Assembly (NCBI GenBank): GCA_030704615.1
Contig: CM060731.1
Coordinates: 51,274,001 to 51,338,000 of the forward strand
Direction of reading: 5' to 3'
Length of the DNA stretch: 64,000 nucleotides
Source of the DNA: Takakia lepidozioides
Taxonomy: Eukaryota > Plantae > Bryophyta
Below the pieces are notes generated by a model, which made no database searches, was not told where the DNA came from, and worked only from the letters and a program-made list of their open reading frames with translations. This document shows positions 51,040 through 63,199 of this stretch, one piece after another; position 1 is the first letter of the stretch, and each line of letters starts with the position of its first letter. The position numbers and the translations under genes were made by a program.

Positions 51040-51951
51040 AAGGGCAATACCTGCTATTTGCAAAACTCGAGCAGCGAAGCTGAAAAGTAAATCCACCCCG
51101 TCCTGGGTCCTTGGGCCCCACCGTACTCTGGCAGCCTCGTCCCCTACCCCCTACTTGGTAGCACTCTATATACACTCTCCTCGTGCAGCAGCCCCAAGTT
51201 CTTGGGCCCATCGTGGCCCCATCGTACTCTGCCACCCTCGCCTCGACGTGTCTTCTCGTATGTTCTACAAGCATGCCGCCATCCTCCTTCATGAATTCTC
51301 TAGAACTTTCACGCGACCCCCCCCCCCCCCCCCCACCCCTTTTCTTTTCCACACTTCCTTGTACACCTGCCCTCGCCATTCATCCATTCCTACAGGTCAG
51401 CCCTCCCTCGCTATTGGCCGGTCCAATCCGTTTCATTTTTTCCGACTTTCAGGAACAGCCTTGAGAAGATTTTAGACTCTTATTTATTTATTTGTTATGC
51501 ACGCATGCCATGTCTAGAAGACCCGCTACAGAACGTACTCTAAGAGCATCTCCACGGTGAGCACAGCCCATCAAACGCTATGCCAAGCATTAGATGGGGC
51601 CCTGGAGTTGAATGCGAGGGACCCGGTTCCGCCAGCGTGGACCCCCCCCCCCCCCCAACCCCACCCCGCACCCACCCCCCACTCCAACACCCGCACACCG
51701 CGTGACACACCCTCCCGCGCCTCATGTTCCCGCTTCCAGGACATGAGACGTGCCCTCTCCGCATTCCCATCCCTCCTCCCATCCTGCCCTCATGCATGGC
51801 ATCGCCCTCCATCCCCCATGCATGCCTTCATCCTCCCCATGCTACATGGCATCCCAAGCATACATCATGCCATCTTTCAATGTACGATAAATGTCCAAGA
51901 CGTCATAAAAAATGAATTTTTTGGCAACCTTCGTTTTCCAAAGGTCCATCA
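51040..51951 (-). mobile_element. Probable displaced arm of the MULE (non-coding, poly-C tracts)
   Basis: The reverse complement of 51926-51951 equals TGATGGACCTTTGGAAAACGAAGGTT at 9187-9212. The left boundary is uncertain. Confidence 0.45.
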
Positions 51952-54775
51952 CTCGGATGGGGTCAACCATTATCTGTCCAGTCATGTAGTCATTCCACTT
52001 GGTCGGTGACCATGGTGAATTACAACATCCCTCCGTATCTTTCAATAAAAAAAAGGCCATATCATACTGGCTGTCATTATACCGGGTGAGTGTTCTCATT
52101 TCATGCTTATTATTACTTTGGATTTTACATTAATCTTCTTCTCTTTGGCGCAATTCCAATGGAAGATTGATGAGTGATGTAATCATGTAGTAAGATATGT
52201 CATTCATTATGAAGTATAATTAGCATAGTGGAGCATTGAGACAATTAATGGTGTGAATGTCTCATAGGGAAAGAACAAGTGAAAGACATGAACACGTACT
52301 TGCGATCTATAATTGATGAACTGAAGGAGCTATGGAGGGGGGTCCCGGCATTGGATGCTTCACTTGACCCTATGGCCGGACAATCTTTTCAGATGAGAGG
52401 CATCTTGTTTTGGACAATGCATGATTATCCAGGTATATTATGTTCCCTATGATAAACCCGCGTACATTTACCTGTCAAGGGATATTGATGAGGATTGGGA
52501 TTGATTGAAGTAGCGGCGACAGTCTTCTGCACCGTAGAGGGGTAGATGCACATGGAAACTTTTTGTCTTTCCTAATGTGGCGGAATGTCTACATGACTTA
52601 CTGTTTGCTCGGGGTTGAGCAGTAAAGGGTACCACGCATGTCTGCATTGTGGCGATGAACTTGATGCACAAAGCTCCAGCAATCTTCGCAAGATGGTGTA
52701 TCCCAACTACCGCAAGTTTCTTCCTATGAGCCATCATTGGAGAAGAAGAGACAAACACTTATTTGATGGCAAAGTGGAGTTACGTCCCCCACCTGTGACA
52801 CCATCCGGGCACTTTTGGGAAGACCGATGGAAGAAGGCCCATCCGGAGGGATCCGGTGAAGTGGAGGTGCCCGGCATGAAGCGGCTTTCAATCTTCTACG
52901 AGTTGCCATATTGGGCGGTACATATTCCACAAAAACACCATCAATATTGCTATGCATGCATGTGATATTGCATGTTTTGTATTATTTCTATTGTCACTTT
53001 CACGACAAAATAGACGTGTAAGAATTTGTGGGTGGGGATATATGTAGGACCTGAAGATTCGTCATCTTCTAGATCCCATACATATTGAGAAGAATGTTTG
53101 CTCGTCCCTTTTTCGTGTTCTTCATGGCACACTGGCAAAGAAGGGTGTGGTTGCGAAAGGAGATTCTCTCGGTGTTAGAAAGGAACTTGAGGAGCAGGAT
53201 CGCATGCCCCATCTATGAGTTGAAGAAAATGGTGTGGACCCAAAGGGTTTTGTACGGTGGAAGTATAGGCGTACACCTTGGCAATGGACAAAGGAGGAAT
53301 ACAAGAAAGTGATAGCCACCATAGGAGCTGTCCGAACACCAACTGGTTATGGGTCCTCCCTCCGTATGAAGTTCAACGAAGACGGGGTCCATGGTTTGAA
53401 GTCTCATGACTACCACAATCTATTGCACCATTGCAGTACGTGGGACATTGACTCTCGTCGCGAGACAGTCTATAGATTGGGAGCATTGTTCCGGTGGATT
53501 TGCTCCAAAGAGCTAGAGGAAGCGGACTTTCCACGAATGAAGAAGGAGGCGGCGGTGGTCATGTGTATGTTGGAGATGCACCTTCCTCCCTCCTTCTTTG
53601 ACATCCAAGTGCACTTGGTAGTGCACTTAGTGGAAGAGGCTTCGATTGCCGGCCCCGTTCATTCTCGATGGATGTACTACCTTGAGCGATACATGAAGAC
53701 TTTGAAAGCACATGTAAGACAAATGGCACACCCGAAGGGTAGCATGGCGGAGGGGTATATATTGTAAGAGGCTATGTTCTATTGCATGGAGTACTTGGCA
53801 AGGGTGGATAAGGAAGCCCCTCCGATGTGGAAGGAAGATGAGGGTGTACGAACCAAGGACATTGTTTGGCCCAAAAATTCAAAGAGGGTAAAATTACCCA
53901 TCATGGTGATTAACCAAGTGCATGAGTCCATACTGAAGAACACCCCATCCATACATGAGTGGGAGGCAAGATACAATAACCTTGTTCAGCAACGACAGGA
54001 GGAGACGGTTGCGTGGAGGCGGAACCATGCAAGGGCGGCGACTACACGCGCTCCGCGAGCAAGGGGCCGGCGTAGGAATGTGCCTTCACAAGAATTGCCC
54101 ATGGAATTGCAGCCTCTAAGTTCATTCCGCCATTGACTTCAGACTGAAGTAAAGGATAGCATTGCGAAAGGTGAGGTGGTTTCAGATTTGGTGCAAGACA
54201 TTGCAAGGGGCCCCTCTCAATTTGCGACCTCATACACGGCGGTTTGGGTTCATGGTCGTCATTTCCGCATTCGTGCTCTTGACATGAAGCGCAAAACAAC
54301 ATTTAATTCTGGCTTGTGTGCCTCATATTGGCAAGACTCCGTGTGGGGCAGGGAAGATACACGACCTACCATGAGCACACTCAACTACTTTGGAGAGCTT
54401 GAGAGCATACTCCAACTTCAGTATACAAGGCACCAGCCTCTTATCTTCAAGGCAAGGTGGTTCCAGCCACATCTTGTGGGGCCATCCGCAACAATAGTGG
54501 AAGACGAGTGTGGTTTCATGCGCGTCAATTCAGATAGGCTCGAGTCTACTTATCGTCCTTTCGATGAGCTTTTTTCATGGCCTTCAGACATGGAGCAAGT
54601 TTTCTTCTCCGGATCAGGAAATTGGAAGGTGGTTGTGCATGCTCAGCCAAGAGGAAGACGTATCTATCATGGTCGGGGATCTACATGGGGCGAGGCAAAT
54701 GCGGAGGAGGAAGAGACTGGTCATGATGACGCTGATGTTGGCCGAGGTTGGATAAGGGGGGGTACAAGAGAATGA
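51952..54775 (+). pseudogene. CACTA/EnSpm TnpD remainder (Transposase_21, DUF4218, DUF4216)
   Basis: SDGVN..STW..VNYNIPP..KKGHIILAVIIPG | KDMNTYL..DELKELW..TMHDYPG | KGYHACLHC; LKSHDYH; FFDIQVHL..GPVHSRWMYYLERYMKTLK..GSMAEGY; FKARWF..DECGF. Confidence 0.92.
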
Positions 54776-54867
54776 TGACGCCCCGGAGAGAGAAGACTCC
54801 GGCCGAAGCCGGCGTAACTAAGAGTCACTTCACTTTTCGGCTACTGCCCCCTTTCGAGGGTGGGCCA

Positions 54868-57800
54868 TATATATATATATATAACTAAAGAGAGAGTGTC
54901 CTGAGGGACACCAGGTAGCCAAGGGGGATGGAGGGCCTATGGCCCCCGATGCGCATTAGAAGAACCAGACTCGAGTTGGCGTTTGTTGGTGATGATAGCT
55001 GTGAGGTGGATTTCCTTGAAGCATTTATGGATGGGGGGGTGGGGAATTTTGAAGTTATTATGTATATCATTGATGCTGGTGTTGTGGATGCCGCCCCTTG
55101 TTCCGGCAGTGACAACGGTGAGTGGGCATGTTGCCCAACCCTGCCGTCGAATTGCCAAGATGAGGGGGGCATATTTTTGTCGTTTCTCGAGGATGGAGTC
55201 GCTAGGGTACCTATCGTGGCAAAATGTAAATTCGATGAAATGGACGGTAAATTGTGGGGACGGGGAGGCAGGTGTTGGGGCAGTAGTGGGTAGTCCTTGG
55301 ATAATAAGTATGTCTGGGCAAAGTCTAGCTGGGCAGGAGCATGGTGATCGGGTACATGTGCATGGTAGCAACCATGGCGGTACAGTGCGGTCTGGTGGTC
55401 TTCTCTGGTAAGTACCAGCATTAATGAGCGTGAACCAACGTGTCTCAGCACGTTTTGAGAAGAGTTTATGCAGGTGCCATATTGCGTGGTTGTGTTGGGT
55501 AATATGTAGGCCGTGAATAATCGGGTGTGTGCATCGGCTAAGGAGGTGAGGCCAGGTATCCCGTTCGTGATGTGTTGTTGAGCACAGGGGGCAGCATGGT
55601 GATGGGTAGAGTCGTGGCCAGAAAATATGTTTACGTTGATGACCCATGTACTGTGCGTATCTGAACTTGAGTGTTTGACGGATTTGCGCATCAGTGGTAG
55701 CTTTGGTTTGCCAGAAGTGGTTTGAGAGTTTGTGGTGCAACACTTTGGATTTGGTCCATTTTTGAATATGGACCTTTGTATGGCTAATTGAGTCAGCAGC
55801 TTGTTTATTGGCTTCACAGGTGAGAGTGGCTAAGAGATTACGTATTGGTCGGGGTGCAGGGGGGTCTGGGACGGGGTGAATAAACCAGAATGGGTGAGTG
55901 TGGGCAATGTGGATAGGGTCATCCGTGGGGTAGACTTTGGGCTTAGTGGTGCCAAGTTGGGCGAGTAGATCCGCTTCCTCATTACCTTGGATGCCAGTGT
56001 GGGAGCGGACTTTGAGGAATTGGATTGGGTGTCTTATAGTTATAGCAGTGTTAACAATGGCTGTAATGAGATTGCGATCAGGATTATGATGATGGGAAGA
56101 AGGACGGGATATATGCGGATCAGAAATAGGGAGGTGAGGTTGTCTGTGAAGATGAAGTATGGGGGCGGGAAGGAGTCTAGTAGGAGGAGGGCATCATATA
56201 TGGCCATCAGTTCGGCCCTTAGGATGGTAGCCGGACCTGGTAGCCGGAGGGCGACCCCTTGCCTTGTTCCTGCATGATAAATACCATAGCCCGCATCGGG
56301 TTGGGTGAGGGAACCGTCAGTGTAGTGCGAGTTGATGAGGGGATATTTGCCTGATATTTGGGGGTAATGTTTTGTTGATAAATTAGGGGGATTGGGGGAG
56401 GGGGTAGTGTGGGTGTAATCTGGTGGGGGCGTGGAACCGTTATGCTCCAGGCTTTGTTTGGTTTGGTCCGAGAGAGGGTGACGGGTGTTGTGGTGTAGGG
56501 GAGGTGAGGTGGGTGATGGATGGTAGCTTTTAATTTATGTTTGATAGTGAGTAGTAACTGTTCTAGCTGTTGCATGAAGGGGGTCGGGACGTTTGTGTGG
56601 AGGGGGTGCTATACCTGTAAGATAAGGGTTAGTGTTGGTTCCTTCTGGTTGAGGTATTTGGGGAGAGGGGGTGTGTGGACATATTTAAGCTGGTTTGGGT
56701 CTATTGTAGCAAGTAGGTTGACTTCTGGCGGGAGACGTAGCAGGGGGTGAGAGGGGCAAGTGGCGTTTTGTTGTGTGAGGATGAGGATGGTGGAAGTGGA
56801 AGGGGATGAGTGCGTTGCTAATTTTGCCCATTTAAGAGCTTCGTATGTGAGGGGACCGGGGAGGGGGGGGGGTGGGCAAAGCCCTGGTCTATCCAGGTGT
56901 GCTGGGTAGCGTTGCCTATGGCTCCAAAGACACAGTCCCGGTGGTGTGGACTGGAAAATGTAAGGAGGTCCATATGGCATGTCAGTGGGCTTGAGTAGTA
57001 TGAATGAGTGAGCTGGAATGTGCTGATAAGTAAGGTGAGAATATCTTGGTGCAGGACTTGGTGCGCGCATGCTGCTCCTAGTTTGTTGAGGGATATTGGT
57101 TTCTTGGGGGGGGGGGGTGTCTTTAAGGTAGCGGTCAACTAGCCAGTATAGCTCGGTAGCGAAGTCTTGTTTCGGGGGTTGAAGAATTTGCGGGTGTGTG
57201 TTTATGGCGGAGTATCTTTCCCAGAGCCATTTTAGCCTATTGTTAGGGATGAGTCCAATGAAGTGGTCATGTTGGGTGTAGATATGGGAAAGGCAAGGGC
57301 TCATATGGATGAATGGGTGATCATGTTTGATATCTTTGTCCGGGTTACATTTAGTTATATCGATGTGCACATTAGGGGCATCAATTGGATTGTGGATATA
57401 TCGGTTGTCTATAGGTTGGGTGGGGGTAGTGTGTTGTTGATGGATGTGTGCTAAGTAGTCGGTGTTTGTCCGTTTATGAAAGGTGGTGAGAAGGGCAAGG
57501 TTATGATCGGGATCACATTCGTGTTGTAGTCCGAGCAGATCATTCTCGGTCTGCCATGTGTTGTCGTCTGAGGAGTAGCCAGCCCATTTGTAGTGATAGT
57601 ATGTATCAACGGAGGTGGCACCAAAGGCGTCAATTGATGTTTGGGTCTTAATTCCCAGTATAGCTTCAATGACGTAGGCATCAGGGTTATCGGAGTTGTG
57701 TGGGGGGGTTACTACGGGAGTAGTTTGAGGGTGGGTACGGGTGTCTGGTGGATTAGGTACTTGACTTGGGGTTTGAAGTGGGTCGTTGCTAGGTTCATCA

Positions 57801-60800
57801 TGTTGTGGGGTAAATGGCTGAGATGGAGGGTTGGATTTGGTGGAATATGTTGTTCTGAGTGTGTGGTAGATGGAGGCGGCTGGAGTAGATCGGTACTGAG
57901 GGAGTAGGTCCTGAACCGTATGGGGGTGGTAAGACATGGAAGGTCACATTGGAGAGTACAGACTGTTGATGGGTGACAGAAGAGGGTACGGAGGTGGTGT
58001 AAGTAACGGCTGGTTTTGGACGTGGCTCGGGAGAATTTAAGGGTGAATTCACTTGGTTTTAAAAGCCGGTGGCCTGTGGCAGTGGTAAGTTGGGTAAGGG
58101 TGGTGATGCAGTGCTCTTTGAAGTAAGTGAGGATAGGGATTTTTTGCTTTGGGTGGGAGATGTTGAACTGTGATAGGAAAGGGCTGGTAAGCCATGCTTG
58201 TTCTAGTGGTGATGAGGTGTTAGGGTAGTCTGGCAAGTCGGTCTATAAGCTAATTTTCATTTGATGTAGGATGAGAAGTGTGCGCGCAGTGGGAGAGTGG
58301 AGGCATGCTTGTGGATGTAGCGATGATAGCGAATATAGGCCATTGTATCTGAGGGCAAGGAATTTAAGGAGACCCTGGTAGATGATACCAAGCCGTCCTG
58401 GGTCGTTTAGTGCTTCTTTGAGTTGTGTAGTACGAGCATATGAAATAATAAGTGGGCTAGAGCCTACTCCGTAATGGTCAGTTGGGAGTTGTGTGAGGGC
58501 ATTAGGGGTACTAGTTGGTAAGCCACATACACGTTTAGTGAGCTGAAGGCATGATTCGTAAAGGTCAAGTGTGAATAGGTCGAGAATACGGTCTGTTGGG
58601 GATCCTCTGTTGTCTAAGGAGAAGCCGTCTATATCGTGCCATGGGTAGTGTCTAGCTTTGCACATGCAATTGTCATTGTGGAGATTGGGATGCAGGCAGT
58701 TCGTAACGGTGGGTGTGTATGTGGAGGATGCTTGTGACCATATTTCATGGTTAATGTCTGTAGGGTTGGTGAGCAAGTGGTCGTGTCGGTGTTTGAAACA
58801 GTCGATGGGCGGGTTTAGGGCCGGGTTAAAGATGGCTTTGTGCGTTTTTTTGGGATTGTCATGCAGTAATTGATTGAAGGAGGAAACAATTTTTTTGTGA
58901 TTGTCGGCAGCTTTTTGTTTGGTGATATTGTAAGCTTCTTTTTTAGCATCTCTTCCAATTTTGGAGAGAGTAGCGATCTAGTCCGAAATACTATGAGGGT
59001 TATCAGGTGGGGGCATGAGTGTTTGGCATGTTGTTAAGGTATTTAGGCTTAGGATGCGAGGGTCAGTTTTCCAGTTATTTCCTGGGTGTATGTGGGAAGT
59101 AGTGGGTATGATAGTAAGGGCGCGTCTAATTGTGTGATATGTGTTAAGATGCTGCTTCCAGGCACGTTTTTGTATATGAGTAAGGTAGCCCCCATTTTGT
59201 TTTGAGCGTGTAGTTTGTGGAATCTCTTTGGAGGCGGAGCAGGTGGCGATGACGCTTTTGGTCATTTCTTCCATTAAAGTTCTGAGTGTTTTTTCAGAGG
59301 CCAGCCAGGTTTCATCAGAGGAATGCCTCAGGTTATCCTCTATGAGTATGTCTGATAATTGAAGTGTTAGATGTGTGGATATGGGATGAAAGTGTGTCAG
59401 AAAGGCGGATATGTTACGTTGGGGGAGTGGATATAAGATTCTAGATTGAGCGGGGGGACTTGTACTTGTGGAATGGGTCTGAAGGGGATGAGGGACGGTG
59501 GAAAGGCTATAGTGACAGGATAATGGTCCGAGTTGCATAAGCTGTTAATATGAACATGGCTGGTAAGGTATGCAGGAATCTCATTATGTGTTTTGAGGTA
59601 AAAACCGTCCAGGAGGCTTAAGGATGAGTAGTTGAGTCCCCCTTGCCGAGAATAGTGATGGTCGGCTGGTATGTATCGGAGATGATGTGATTGGGTGAAT
59701 TGTGCCCATTCTTGGTCTATTGCGGAGGGGGGTTTATGTGTGCCGTTATGTGTGTGGCCCTGCAGGGCAATGTCCCTATTGAAGTCACCTGCTAGAATGT
59801 AGTGTTGGGTGTGGCTTGAAGGTTGGGTCAGTGTGTTGGAAATGGTAAGTAAGATATCAGGGAGTAGAGGTAGATCATCAGTGTGTGAGGGCATATATAA
59901 ATGTGTGAGGGTAATGGGGGAGAGTGCGGGTAAGTGTATTTTTGATGATTTGGAGATGTGAGCGGAGGGGGAGAGCAACGGGTATTTTGACCGTGGTGCT
60001 TGGGGAGTGATGCGTGCGGAGGGTGCCGAAAGCGACACCACCACGGGTGGTATGATATGGCACGGAGCGTCTAGTAAGGCATTGTGGGGCTGTGAATGAA
60101 TTGCCATATAGCATGTAGTAGGCAGGTAGGAGTTTATTGATATAAGAGCTATTGGGGTTGTGTATATTTCTTGTAGAAGAATGATGTGTGGGGCTGCAGA
60201 TTCTGTGAGATGGATTAGGCTTTGAATACTGGTGGCTAGTGATCCTACATTCCAGGTTGTTATGTTGAGTGAATGCGCATGTTGAGAGGGAGGGGTATGT
60301 GGGGGCTAAGGGACGTAGGGGGTCCGGAGGGTGTGCATGGCAGGGGAGTAGGTGAAGGTGGCTTGGGCGTAGGTTGATAGCCAAGGATGCTTGCTTTGGC
60401 TTGAAGGGTTGCGGTGATGATGTTTTTAGAGAGAAATGGGAATTTGGTAGAGATAATGTTCACAGCTTGTGGGGTGTCGGTAATGTGTTCCAGATGTGCA
60501 CCCAGTATTTGATGAACATCTCCTGGTTTAGTTTGTAGTAGGTGGAGGGATTCTTGAAGGTTATATAAATAGTGTGGTGGTGCTAGGTATTCATGGGGCT
60601 GTGCATGTAGTTTTTGCAGTTGTTGTAGGAGCAAGCGTACATGCGTGTCTGGGTGGGTCTCAAAATAGTCATTGCATATAGAGGGGATCGGGGATACGGT
60701 GATGATTAGCGAGAAGAGGATATGTTGCATAGGGTATGCATGGAGTTTATGGGTGACTTTCACTAGTGATGGGTTGTGGCAGGCTGATATACCGAAGGTG

Positions 60801-61300
60801 GCTATTGGGTAGGTAGGTTTCCGGTTATTGGTGGGTGGGTTAAAAAAGAATGGAAAGAAGTGCGTGCTGAGGTGCTGGTATGAGGGGGTGAGTGAGACTG
60901 TTTCTGGTTGGAAGTATAAGTTATATCTTTTTTGGTGATCTTTGGGAAGTTTGTTTATGATACTGGCAATGGTAGAGGGGCCTGGATTGGGGTGTATGTC
61001 ACCACAACGGAGGAGTGTAAGCATTTCACATGCCCGTTTGTATTTTGTAAAATGGGATGGTGGGTGATGGAGGGAGTGCTTGGATGGTAGTTGGTGGTGG
61101 TACCGTCCATGTGGGCACTGGGTTATGAGGTAGATAACATGGGGTGGGGGGGGGGGGGGTGGGGGTGTATGGGATGTGGGTGTTATAATGATGTGTAGTG
61201 ATGTCATAGTGAGTGCGGGTGGAGCTGGTGGTTTGGGCGTGTATGGGGGATTTTATGATGTGGAAATGTGTGTGTAGACAAGCCAGGTGGTCCAGGAAAT
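54868..61300 (-). mobile_element. Dualen/RandI-type LINE: 2A-like motif, APE, (RT deleted), chromodomain, N6-MTase-like domain, RNase H, CCHC, RLE; ends at a (TA)n run
   Basis: GDIHPNPGP. APE TWNV/AGDFN/LDGF/SDHYP. RNase H YTDGS/RAEL/FTDN/KVRSHTG..GNEEAD (56330-55960). CPLC..DTWPHLLSRC..QHN. CPDILI..IEFTFC..KY. Many frameshifts; strongly C-rich coding strand. Confidence 0.88.
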
Positions 61301-62019
61301 GGATAGGTAAGGAAGTATGTTTTAGATAGGGGGAGAGGGGGGGTAGGTGAGGTGGTCGTGTGGGTGGGTGGGTTTAGTTACAGGCCTGAGTGGAGTGATA
61401 TCTAGCCGGGTAGAATGACGACTATGGGTCGCAATGTTGTGATTGGGAGGATTTGGGTTGGAGGAGGACACGTGATATTGTCGTTTTTCCACTTGGCAAT
61501 GTTGTGTTGAATGATTATGTGGGGTAGTAAGTGGGCTAATGAGGGTTGTGTTGCTGTAAACGGAGTATTGCGGGACGCGAGGATTGAACGGGGGAGTTTG
61601 AGTGTAGGGTGTATTGGCGTAACAATACGTTAGAAGGTAAGTCATACAGGGGCCTTTAGTGTGGGAACGGGATATATTTAATAGTGGCGATGGGCTGGGG
61701 TTGGGGATTAAGTGAAGAGGTTGGATGATAAAATGTATGGGTTTGGGGGGTATATATATAAATGAGGCTATAAGGTGATTGGACAAGGTACATGAATGGA
61801 TGGTCTCGGGCATGGACGTGGATGAGGAAACTAGTGGATGAATGAAGTGGCGGTTAGGCGTTACGAGAGTTCGTGCGCTGGGGGGTTTGATATTGAGTGG
61901 GGGTACGTGACGTGTTTGGGTTACAGTGGGGGCAATTGGTGATGGGATGTAGTTGATAGTAGATGGATGATATGCCTCCGAAGGGAGGCGAGTAACGTAG
62001 TGACAGCAATAGATTTTGT

Positions 62020-62460
62020 AAAAATCATTGTATGAAAACATAGAGTAAAGATCATGGTGTAGAATTGTTTGAAGTGAGAACAGATCCTGGTGTAAAATCA
62101 TGGTGTAAAGATCATGGTGTAGAATTGTTGGCAACATACAGAACCAGTGTATCCGAGTAGCTTGTGGAAAATAGAGTGGGTAGCAATAAAATGAGGTATC
62201 ATTTTCCCAAGATATCATTTTTCCAAGGTAACATTTTCCCCAGATATGTAACATTTTCTCAAGGTAACATTTTCCCAAGGTAGCAATTTCCCAAGGGAGC
62301 CAGTAGTTCCGAGTATCTTATAAAGAAGAGTGGGAACGTACTGAGTGGCAACCGTTCGAGTTAGAGTGGTACAGTGAGGTAGCATTTTCCCAAGGGAACC
62401 AGTAGCTCCAAAAATCTTGTAAAAGAAAGTGAGAATGTACTGAGTGGCAATCGTTCAAGA
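62020..62460. repeat. Degenerate tandem repeats
   Basis: AGATCATGGTGTA(G/A)AAT units, TAACATTTTCCCAAGG units, and a ~70-bp duplicate at ~62290 and ~62389. Confidence 0.75.
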
Positions 62461-63199
62461 AATAGCCTGTAAGAGCACTTTGGGGGTTAGAGCAAGAATT
62501 ATGGTACAAAACATATGAAGATATAACAGTACATGGGGAAAAATGAGGCAAGAAGATCACAGTGTACAACATGAATAGCAGGAGCATGTGCATCTGAGTT
62601 AGTAAGATGTAGATAAACAGTAGGGGTGACGACAAGGAACGAGGCCTTGTCATATAGATGGGAAGAGAGGTACATGCTGGTCAGACATTGTTTGGTGTTG
62701 GTGTAAAAGCAGGTACGACTATGAGAGCATAGAACTATTATGTGGGAGGGCCAGGCATAATAGGGCAGGGGCAGGCCTGCTTTGATAGAGCCATGAGACC
62801 ATTTACATTGGGTCTGATTTAAAGCGGGCTTGGCAAGCAGCAGATGCATGGTAAGAGTCCTTAGCTTTGGAAAGGAATCATGCAGCATACAGTATGGCAG
62901 CACTAGTAAGGGAGAAATAGATAAGTCGAGGTGGTGACCTGTGCTGAGACTAAGCTCAGGCGGATATAAATTGAGAGGTCTTGTACTTGGATAAGTAAAT
63001 TGTGTTACCATGGGCGGTGGTTGACATGGGGAAGTCTGTTGAGATTGCTGGTCTTGAGCAGCAGAGTGCCTTTGGGGTTTGTGTGGCTGAGCCTGCTGGA
63101 CAGTGGGTTGCCACTTAAAGTTGGGAGGCCATCTGGGACATAACAACTGTACATCAGAGAGTAATGACAATACATTGTATGCAATGTGAAGTATTTTTA

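Noticed and set aside
51046-51062. Right TIR of the MULE (AAGGG..TGCTATTT, similar to 3845)
   Set aside because: Similarity is short and gapped, and no TSD was found.
54770-54830. Hammerhead ribozyme
   Set aside because: Core reads ATGATGA..GAAG rather than CTGANGA..GAAA, and stems I and III are not evident.
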